Source: Candidatus Njordarchaeota archaeon (GTDB lineage Archaea; Asgardarchaeota; Njordarchaeia; Njordarchaeales; Njordarchaeaceae). Taken from it: a DNA stretch of 28,522 nt. The DNA is taken from NCBI GenBank assembly GCA_029856615.1, contig JAHKLF010000001.1, forward strand, positions 1 through 28,522, in the 5' to 3' direction. The notes under the pieces were generated by a model that ran no database searches, was not told the DNA's origin, and saw nothing but the letters and a program-made list of their open reading frames with translations. The translations under genes were made by a program, and so were the position numbers. This document shows positions 1 through 6,908 of the stretch, piece by piece. Position 1 is the first letter of the stretch. Each line of letters starts with the position of its first letter.

Positions 1-156
1 GTCGCTAATAGAGGGGCTCTATTATTATTAGAATACGAAGATGGATTTTGGATATTTGAGCCTAATGAGAGCCGTATTTATTTGGTGCATAAGCTCGTGG
101 GTGAACCGAATTTAGAGGATAATCACTTCGTATTAAGAAGAATGATTTTAAAGTAG
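1..156 (+). CDS. 3' end of an unidentified protein (partial, 51 aa: VANRGALLLLEYEDGFWIFEPNESRIYLVHKLVGEPNLEDNHFVLRRMILK*)
   Basis: Frame 1 is open from base 1 to TAG at 154-156, 9 nt before the next gene; protein-like composition. Confidence 0.6.
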   Translation, partial: VANRGALLLLEYEDGFWIFEPNESRIYLVHKLVGEPNLEDNHFVLRRMILK

Positions 157-165
157 GGATCATCG

Positions 166-582
166 ATGCCGATGTTTTATATTAAACGTGAATTTTACGA
201 AGCTTTAATGAGAGGCCGGAAAAAAGCTGAAATTAGAGTCGGAGAACAATGGGTTAAAGTTGCTGAAAAGATAAAAAATTGTCAGATAAAACCATTAGCG
301 ATATTTAAATGGAGTAATAAGATAATTCTCAGAAAGATCTACAAAGTAGAAATATTTCCAAGCATCCGAAGGGCTCTGGCTAATGGACGCTGGAGATTAT
401 TAGGATTAAGAGCAAAGACTTATACGGAGGCAATAGCAGAGGTCAGTAAGCTATATTCACGAGGCGCAAAGGGACCTAGTGTGTTTTTCTGGCTTAGTAG
501 GCTTAAAAAAAGTGAAATTGATGATGCTATAAAATATGCGAAGAAAGAAATCAGCGATGAGGATTTATTTGTATCGGTCTGA
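166..582 (+). CDS. ASCH/PUA-like domain protein (putative RNA-binding)
   Basis: N-terminal FYIKREFYEALMRGRKKAEIRV fits the ASCH signature (I..Y..I..G.K..E.R); C-terminal helical part is also compatible. Confidence 0.7.
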   Translation: MPMFYIKREFYEALMRGRKKAEIRVGEQWVKVAEKIKNCQIKPLAIFKWSNKIILRKIYKVEIFPSIRRALANGRWRLLGLRAKTYTEAIAEVSKLYSRGAKGPSVFFWLSRLKKSEIDDAIKYAKKEISDEDLFVSV

Positions 583-628
583 GTGGTGCACGTTCTTCAT
601 TAGTATCCGCGCAGGTTAGTGTCTTCAT
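578..628 (-). ncRNA. Box C/D guide sRNA A (double guide)
   Basis: Minus strand reads C AUGAAGA (628-622), guide CACUAACCUGCG, D' CGGA, spacer UACUA, C' AUGAAGA, guide ACGUGCACCACU, D CAGA (581-578). It is 51 nt with two 12-nt guides, both antisense to 16S helix-34 consensus segments. Confidence 0.8.
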
Positions 629-710
629 CCCGCTACTTCAATCATCTATATCCTTGTAGAATAAAAATTTTAACTCCTAAACATACTAACGTTAAATTAA
701 ATTATCTACT

Positions 711-766
711 ATGATGAGAATACGATTTTCGGATGAATTAATCATGAAGAACTGCCGTAGCTCTGA
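711..766 (+). ncRNA. Box C/D guide sRNA B (double guide)
   Basis: C AUGAUGA (711-717), guide GAAUACGAUUUU, D' CGGA, C' AUGAAGA (744-750), guide ACUGCCGUAGCU, D CUGA (763-766). The D guide is antisense to GCUACGGCAG, resembling the archaeal 16S ~1188-1197 segment. Confidence 0.8.
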
Positions 767-819
767 GGTATCCATCGCATTTTTTAACTATCTAAGTGCC
801 TTAATTATGTGGTGATACT

Positions 820-2160
820 TTGTCGACTAGTTTAAGAGAAACGATTGATAGATTAGAAAGAGAAAAGCTATTATTGCGTATCAATCATGCACTCTCACCA
901 AGATACGAAATTCCACTAGTCATACGAGAATTCGAGAATAAATTTGCTTTACTGTTCGAAAATATTGAGGGTTATTCGAACTTTAGAATTGTGGCGGGAA
1001 TATATGGGGATAGATATAGACTATCTACTGCTTTAGGATTACGAGAAAACGAGCTCCTGCAAAAAATTAATGAGGCGATAAGAAACCCCGAACCTCTTAA
1101 AGTTATTGCACATAGCTTTGATTATACCATAAAAGATGGCATTGATATAAACATTCTACCAATTCCTACCTTCTATGAAAAAGATAAGGGCCCATACATA
1201 ACCGCGGGCATAGTTATTGCAAAGGACCCAGAGACGAGTGTTAGAAATGCATCATATCACCGTATGACGCCTATTGGGAGGGATTTATTAGTGGTTAGAG
1301 TTGTGAAAAGAGATCTATGGCATTATTTACAGAAAGCACAAGAGATGGGTAAAGATCTAGAAGCAGCTGTAGTTATAGGTGTTGACCCAGCAACAGCTAT
1401 TGCTGGAGCCGCATCAGTACCGATCGATGTCGATGAGTTAGAAGTAGCATCTGCATTACTTGAAAAACCGTTAGAGATAACTAAAGGAGTAACCGTGAAT
1501 ATAGAATACCCTGCATCGGCAGAAATTGTATTAGAAGGTAGGTTTTTAGTTGATTCAATGGAGGAAGAAGGTCCTTTTGTTGATATAACAGGAACTTATG
1601 ATATTATTCGAAAACAACCAGTATTCCAAATTTCCGCAATATTATTACGCAGAAATCCTATTTTCCATACAATTCTTCCTGCTGGAATAGAACATAAAAC
1701 TCTAATGGGAATTCCTCGCGAAGCTAGAATTTATGATTCCGTCCGTGGAGTAACTATCGTAAGGGATGTTCATCTTGCTACATGGGGTTGTGGATGGTTA
1801 GAATGCATCATTTCCATCGAAAAACGCCATGAAGACGAACCAATAGACGCTGGTCTAGCGGCGTTTGCTGCTCACCCAAGCCTAAAAAAGGTCATAATTG
1901 TTGATCCCGATATAAATATAAGAAGCTGTGAGGACGTCTACTGGGCAGTTATAACACGTGCTCATCCTATTCGTGATTACATAATTATACCTCGCGGAAA
2001 AGGCTCCTCCCTTGATCATTCAGGTACTCCTCGTGCTAGGCTCATAGTGGATGCAACTATCAAGGGAGAAAAAACTTTGTTCAAAAGAGCTAATATTCCT
2101 GGCTCAATAAAAGCTGAGAAAATTATTAGTCGAATAAGAAACTCACTAAAATTGTGTTAA
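820..2160 (+). CDS. ubiD: UbiD-family prFMN-dependent decarboxylase, probably anhydromevalonate phosphate decarboxylase
   Basis: Motifs RNASYHRM, ELEVA, AEIVLEG, EGPFVDITGTYD, VDPDINI..V.WA..TR, GSSLD and DATI; TTG start preceded by GGTGAT. Confidence 0.9.
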   Translation: MSTSLRETIDRLEREKLLLRINHALSPRYEIPLVIREFENKFALLFENIEGYSNFRIVAGIYGDRYRLSTALGLRENELLQKINEAIRNPEPLKVIAHSFDYTIKDGIDINILPIPTFYEKDKGPYITAGIVIAKDPETSVRNASYHRMTPIGRDLLVVRVVKRDLWHYLQKAQEMGKDLEAAVVIGVDPATAIAGAASVPIDVDELEVASALLEKPLEITKGVTVNIEYPASAEIVLEGRFLVDSMEEEGPFVDITGTYDIIRKQPVFQISAILLRRNPIFHTILPAGIEHKTLMGIPREARIYDSVRGVTIVRDVHLATWGCGWLECIISIEKRHEDEPIDAGLAAFAAHPSLKKVIIVDPDINIRSCEDVYWAVITRAHPIRDYIIIPRGKGSSLDHSGTPRARLIVDATIKGEKTLFKRANIPGSIKAEKIISRIRNSLKLC

Positions 2161-2261
2161 AAAATCTTTATTCCTTAGTGTTCAGAGATATCGTTGCAAC
2201 AAGGTTCTTAGGGTCTAAATTCTGAGAGAAAAATGTTAGTTAAGAAGGAAGTATATTACAC

Positions 2262-2337
2262 TGGCGCCGCCGGCCGGACTTGAACCGGCGACCTCCCGGT
2301 TAACAGCCGGGCGCTCTACCAACTGAGCTACGGCGGC
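2262..2337 (-). tRNA. tRNA-Asn(GUU), CCA encoded
   Basis: GCCGCCG acceptor stem, D arm GCTC/GAGC, anticodon arm CCCGG-CTGTTAA-CCGGG, T loop TTCAAGT, G73 then CCA (2264-2262). Confidence 0.97.
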
Positions 2338-2509
2338 TTGTATTTTGAATAACTATCATTAAGCTAAAGTAATATTATTATCATTCTGCAAGTTTTTAAA
2401 ATTTATCTTACGTTAAGTACAACATATTATCCCCATGAAATGTAACGATATTCGAAGTCGTTTTTGATCAATTCAATGTTCCGGCTTTGTTTCAAATTCG
2501 TTCATATTA

Positions 2510-2851
2510 TCATAAACTCAGTAGGGTTGCTTGATTTAACACTGTGAGAACGTGAAGAATCAATAATACATGAAGAATATAGAGAGTATCCACGCTTGCA
2601 TAAGCCAGGATTATCTCAGCAATCTTTATTATTATGGGTTCTTCTATCATAACTGTCAATAATAAATGCGTCATTGAAATCGTAGTACTCAGAATAAGGT
2701 TAAGAATTATAATTATACACATTAATTTATAGATTATTAAATCACTGGGGTTATTAACTACTAACACCTTTTTTATTAACAATAATGCGCGTAGTTGCAA
2801 AGAAACATTAATTAAAGCACTTGCAATACGAATTGATGCTCGTATCGACAT
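2510..2851 (-). CDS. Hypothetical hydrophobic protein (~113 aa)
   Basis: ATG at 2851 follows GGGGTGA directly after the stop of the upstream gene; no better ORF seen in the interval. Composition is atypical and no family was recognised. Confidence 0.4.
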   Translation of the reverse strand: MSIRASIRIASALINVSLQLRALLLIKKVLVVNNPSDLIIYKLMCIIIILNLILSTTISMTHLLLTVMIEEPIIIKIAEIILAYASVDTLYILHVLLILHVLTVLNQATLLSL

Positions 2852-2864
2852 AAATGTCACCCCT

Positions 2865-3656
2865 TTATTCAAAAAATTCATCTCGGAATTTAATCATACC
2901 AAAAGTTTCGGGATATGAACTAGAAAATATGGTTATTATTAACCGTCGGTCTCTGCGGAGTTTTTTAATGTAAAAGCGATTGTCTATGAATAATTCCCAT
3001 ACTCTACCTAATGCTGGAACAACTTTCTCCACTGTCCATATATCCTCAATATGCTGCCCAAAAACTTTCGACTCCATAAGTGATTTGTCCTCCTTGATGT
3101 AGGCTCTGACTTGATTAGATACTACTATTGTACATCCATCGGATATCTTTTGTAAGAAGACGCCTAATTTGACAACAGTATGTAAATACTCAGAAGACCA
3201 CGCCTCTTCATCCTTAAATAATAATTCGCTCTCTAATATAGTGGGAACGGAATCAATTATTAACAATACCTCATGATCAGAAGCATTTTCTTTAATTTTC
3301 CCGATCACAGTTCGCATCATGCCATGTAGATCATTTATTTGGTATACATAAATTCTAGATAATAAACTTCGTGCTTCAATACTATTTGCTAAACATAATT
3401 TCACTATTCTTTTAGGATTAAAGCTCTTGTCGGCATCGATGTATAGAGCTATGCCTTCTCTGTAGCTATAAAGAAAGCGAAATGCTAATTGATGAAGAAG
3501 AATAGTCTTTCCAGCACCGGCAGCGCCACAAATTTCTGTTATTTCATAAAGAGGAAAACCTCCATGTTTATCGAAGAACGCTATCCCAGTGAGAAAGTAT
3601 CTCTTATAACTACTTGAAATGCGCCTTATAATATCATCCTTCGTTGGAATGATCAT
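2865..3656 (-). CDS. RecA-fold ATPase, RadA/RAD51 paralogue (RadB- or RAD51C/D/XRCC3-like)
   Basis: TEICGAAGAGKT Walker A, ALYIDADKSF, LLIIDSV Walker B, VVSNQV, PALGRVW; no N-terminal HhH domain. Confidence 0.85.
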   Translation of the reverse strand: MIIPTKDDIIRRISSSYKRYFLTGIAFFDKHGGFPLYEITEICGAAGAGKTILLHQLAFRFLYSYREGIALYIDADKSFNPKRIVKLCLANSIEARSLLSRIYVYQINDLHGMMRTVIGKIKENASDHEVLLIIDSVPTILESELLFKDEEAWSSEYLHTVVKLGVFLQKISDGCTIVVSNQVRAYIKEDKSLMESKVFGQHIEDIWTVEKVVPALGRVWELFIDNRFYIKKLRRDRRLIITIFSSSYPETFGMIKFRDEFFE

Positions 3657-3668
3657 CTCACCTAATGA

Positions 3669-3932
3669 TTAGTCTTCACCAGCTTCATTTAGTTGATCTA
3701 AGGCTTCTTTTAGTGTATCCTCATCAATAGAAATTTTCTTAATAGACTTATCCTTTATTACGCCTTTTCTCACAGATAATTCCTCCTCAACATCCGCGGG
3801 TAAGAGACTAACTGGCAATGTTTTATCCACTACTTCTTTATAACCGCATACTGGGCATATCGCAACTAATTTACCATCATCTTTTTTTATTGTCATAATA
3901 GAACCACATGCAGGGCAGAACTTTGGAGCCAT
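3669..3932 (-). CDS. TFS/RpoM (RPA12/Rpb9-like) N-terminal zinc-ribbon protein
   Basis: KFCPACGSIM...ICPVCGYKE; the second (catalytic) ribbon is absent and replaced by an acidic tail. Confidence 0.65.
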   Translation of the reverse strand: MAPKFCPACGSIMTIKKDDGKLVAICPVCGYKEVVDKTLPVSLLPADVEEELSVRKGVIKDKSIKKISIDEDTLKEALDQLNEAGED

Positions 3933-4120
3933 TTATAATCCGCCTTTTTATATACATTCAAGCATTAACTTGCATAGCCTATTAAGGTTTATAAAATTAT
4001 CTATTACAGATTCTTGGGTAAAAACGCCTTTAGTTACTTTAAGAAAAATACCTTTCAGAAAACAATGCTTAGTTACGTACAAAATCAGCTTACGCTGAAC
4101 TATACTATTATCTTTTTTAT

Positions 4121-4372
4121 CTATTCTAGGGTATATGCGAACACTCCCGGATGAATTATTTTAAGATACTTAGCCACTTTAGATTTCTCGGGGTTAACGA
4201 TAAGTACTATATCGGAGAAAATTTTCGTAAAACTTGTAGATCCACAATAAGGGCACACAATTACATCTCGACGCTTCTCCTTTCTTTCACGTTCTAACTC
4301 TGTTAGTGCAAAAACTCTTCTACACTGCAAACACGCTAGATACCTACTACTTAAAGACCTTCGTGGTGACAC
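4121..4372 (-). CDS. spt4: Transcription elongation factor Spt4 (RpoE'')
   Basis: ACLQCRRV...CPYCGS...IVLIVNPEKSKVAKYLKI..PGVFA matches archaeal Spt4. Confidence 0.9.
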   Translation of the reverse strand: MSPRRSLSSRYLACLQCRRVFALTELERERKEKRRDVIVCPYCGSTSFTKIFSDIVLIVNPEKSKVAKYLKIIHPGVFAYTLE

Positions 4373-4498
4373 ACTACTCTCCTCATCGAATTTTTGATAC
4401 TTCCTATTGATTAAGAACTACAAAAGTGTTTTTAAATAAGCATTACTAACAGATTTGTTATAGTATATTAGTTATGGTATATTTTTCCGAGCACTGCC

Positions 4499-4547
4499 AT
4501 GATGATGGAGGTGATCTCTGATAGATGATGATTCCTTTAAGTGCTGA
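4499..4547 (+). ncRNA. Box C/D guide sRNA C (double guide)
   Basis: All four boxes are consensus: C AUGAUGA 4499-4505, D' CUGA 4518-4521, C' AUGAUGA 4525-4531, D CUGA 4544-4547. Guides UGGAGGUGAUCU and UUCCUUUAAGUG are antisense to the conserved 16S motifs GAUCACCUCC and ACUUAAAGGAA. Confidence 0.92.
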
Positions 4548-4561
4548 GCGTAGGTGATGAT

Positions 4562-5473
4562 ATGATTCATGCCGTATTTATATTGGATGCTTCTGGCGTA
4601 CCTATTCTCACGTGGAAATCCAAAAAAGCTCCCGAATCTTTATTTAAAGGAAAGGATGATATTCTAATAGGAAGCTTTATTACTGCTCTATTAAACTTTG
4701 GTCAGGAAACTTTCGCCGCACCTCAGCGAATAGATTTCAATGGATATGCATTAACTTTCTTTTCAAGTAAAGTGAATAATAGACTTTATTGGATAGCAGC
4801 GATATCTGATAGCAAGGATCATAGAAAAGCTACAATAAATATGTTAAAGGACTTAAGTCAACGACTGGCGGAATTACTCAGTGAAGCTTCCCCTGAAGAG
4901 GGTGTTGTCTTTGAGACTTCCAGAATAAAGCGTAAATCAGAAATGCTAATATATAATATAATCAAAAAACATCTAAGATTCCTACCAAATATCAGATCCT
5001 CTCCAGTAAAGTCATTTGTCTTCTCTCTGATTCTGTCATCGATAATAAGTTTTCTATTATACAATGTTGTAGCAACGAATTTCTTTATTAGTATATTTTC
5101 ATATATAATCGGTAATAATGAATTTCTACAAGGGGCTTTAATCATCTCACTTAACATAATAATCACCGGAGTAATAGCGGGATATTTAGCTTCTAGAATT
5201 TCAAGTGGTTTTCTATCCGCCTATATATCCAGTTTTATCACTTGGATATTAGCTGGAGGAGTCATGGTATTAGATATTCTCTTTATGATTACGTGGGCTA
5301 TTTCTTTTGCATTAATAGCGGGCATTATTGGAGCAGTCATAGGATTCTATGCTGATTCTCGAAAATTAAAGATAGTCGAACAACCAAGGATTCTAACAGT
5401 GGAAGAAATAGAAGAAATGGAGGGAGAAATAGAGGTTTCTGAAGAGGAATTAAGAGAGCTTGAAAACATTTAA
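4562..5473 (+). CDS. Longin-domain protein with C-terminal multi-pass membrane region and acidic tail
   Basis: IHAVFILDASGVPI...DDILIGSFITALLNFGQETF...IDFNGYALTF...WIAAISD...MLKDL is a longin pattern, followed by ~4 hydrophobic helices. ATG at 4562 follows AGGTGA (the track's GTG at 4541 lies inside the sRNA). Confidence 0.75.
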   Translation: MIHAVFILDASGVPILTWKSKKAPESLFKGKDDILIGSFITALLNFGQETFAAPQRIDFNGYALTFFSSKVNNRLYWIAAISDSKDHRKATINMLKDLSQRLAELLSEASPEEGVVFETSRIKRKSEMLIYNIIKKHLRFLPNIRSSPVKSFVFSLILSSIISFLLYNVVATNFFISIFSYIIGNNEFLQGALIISLNIIITGVIAGYLASRISSGFLSAYISSFITWILAGGVMVLDILFMITWAISFALIAGIIGAVIGFYADSRKLKIVEQPRILTVEEIEEMEGEIEVSEEELRELENI

Positions 5474-5487
5474 TTTAAAAATTAACT

Positions 5488-5880
5488 TCACTTTTGATGA
5501 AGTTTGATCTCAGTCCATAAATCGCGAGGCACAGATACGCCTACTAAGTATACTAAATCTTGCCTTGTGAGCTCTGCGACTATCAATCGCTTATGTATAC
5601 TAAATTCAAAGAAATCATATGTAGGAGTTCCTTCTCCGCATGGAGACTTCCTCACTGACAAGAAAAGCCTCTTTGTTGGTAATCTTATAGGACCAGAAAC
5701 TTTTGCACCTCTATTCTTAAGGATCGCAACTAAACTACGAGTGAATTCTTCTAATTTGCTTACATCAATCCCAGCTACCTTAAGAGCTATTTTCATTCTT
5801 CTTATGCCAGGTGATTTCCTTTGTACACGCCGTCTTGTGAACCTTCTTGTGAGCCTTTGACTAGCTTGCTCTGCGCTCAT
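5488..5880 (-). CDS. rps10: 30S ribosomal protein uS10 (divergent, Arg-rich N-terminal extension)
   Basis: GAKVSGPIRLPTK..VRKSPCGEGTPTYD.FE..IHKRLI. Confidence 0.92.
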   Translation of the reverse strand: MSAEQASQRLTRRFTRRRVQRKSPGIRRMKIALKVAGIDVSKLEEFTRSLVAILKNRGAKVSGPIRLPTKRLFLSVRKSPCGEGTPTYDFFEFSIHKRLIVAELTRQDLVYLVGVSVPRDLWTEIKLHQK

Positions 5881-5967
5881 ATTAATAACCTCGAATCAAT
5901 ACAATAATTATACAATCTCTCTTTCTGTTAGTTGTGAAAAAATAAAAAGTTAATCATTATTCGATTT

Positions 5968-6096
5968 TTATTTACGTCTTCTCCTAACTGCTATCTTCCT
6001 TTGCGCATATACGTGATGAAGTAAAATGGCAACAATAGTTAATATTCCAAGTAAATAAATTATGTACTCTACGAGATCTTGCGGACTTATCTGCAT
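5968..6096 (-). CDS. Unannotated 42-aa single-pass membrane protein, OST4-like
   Basis: MQISPQDLVEYIIYLLGILTIVAILLHHVYAQRKIAVRRRRK*; ATG 2 nt after the upstream stop with a purine-rich RBS; one TM helix plus a basic tail. The ORF is well supported; the OST4 identity is an inference. Confidence 0.7.
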   Translation of the reverse strand: MQISPQDLVEYIIYLLGILTIVAILLHHVYAQRKIAVRRRRK

Positions 6097-6098
6097 CT

Positions 6099-6788
6099 TC
6101 ACTCTTCCTCTTCCACTTCTATGATTCCTAATAACTCTTGAATGTGCCTTTCTACTCGCTTAATATTTGGAACTAACGGAAGACTAATCATTTTTCTTTC
6201 TGAGGGAAAATATAAAACTAATGTTCCGCTCCTAAATAAAGCATACTCAAATATATCACTGATTTCTATAGAATACTTCATTCCATGCGTTGGATAGCGT
6301 TCAATTTTGCCAAATATCCCTCTGTGATGGGTAATCTGATTGGGTTCTATAATCCAATAATCCCATCGCCTACTAAGCCATATTAGAAACAGTGTAAATA
6401 AGAATCCAAAACCTACTAAGAAGTACGCATGACTTGATAAATACGCTTCTACGCCTAATAAAGCTTCAATCAATAAAGATCCTGGCACCACCTTTAGCTG
6501 TGCTAATAACAAGTAAACGAGAACAAGGATAACGATAATAGTTATTAATCCAAATGTTTTTGCCTCATTAAACTCAAATGCTATGATGAAGACGTTAAAT
6601 ATCAAGAAAAGAACGAATACGAGACCTAATGCTTTCTGGACACTAGGTAATGTACCTATGAATGGTATAGATTCTATCGTACCAAATATTATTGCAAGCA
6701 CAGCCGTTGGAAGAAGAGTAACAACTTTAGGATACGATCTTACAATTATTTTTTCTACCTCAGAGGAAGGCTTATTTGACGGTTGCAT
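6099..6788 (-). CDS. Multi-pass membrane protein with C-terminal bacterial PH-like domain
   Basis: About 4 TM helices, then YWIIEPNQITHHRGIFG...IFEYALFRSGTLVL (bPH-type pattern). Start moved to ATG 6788, which is preceded by GGGGTG. Confidence 0.7.
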   Translation of the reverse strand: MQPSNKPSSEVEKIIVRSYPKVVTLLPTAVLAIIFGTIESIPFIGTLPSVQKALGLVFVLFLIFNVFIIAFEFNEAKTFGLITIIVILVLVYLLLAQLKVVPGSLLIEALLGVEAYLSSHAYFLVGFGFLFTLFLIWLSRRWDYWIIEPNQITHHRGIFGKIERYPTHGMKYSIEISDIFEYALFRSGTLVLYFPSERKMISLPLVPNIKRVERHIQELLGIIEVEEEE

Positions 6789-6908
6789 ATTAAACACCCC
6801 AATATGTGTAAAAAACGAATATTTTTTCACCATTATTAAATTTGTATCATTCAGAGAAATGCAAGCAGGTAACAATCATTGGAAAAATAAATATATGGTG
6901 GAATTAAT

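Noticed and set aside
554-582. Plus-strand GCGATGA...CTGA at the end of the ASCH gene as a C/D RNA
   Set aside because: Only 29 nt, inside coding sequence, with no internal boxes; the minus-strand unit explains the region.
754-763. GCCGTAGCTC in sRNA B is identical to the 5' part of tRNA-Asn
   Set aside because: Same sense as the tRNA, so it cannot guide it; a 10-nt coincidence better explained by the 16S target.
3950-4110. ~50-codon open frame on the minus strand between spt4 and the zinc-ribbon gene
   Set aside because: No convincing start codon or RBS and no recognisable pattern.
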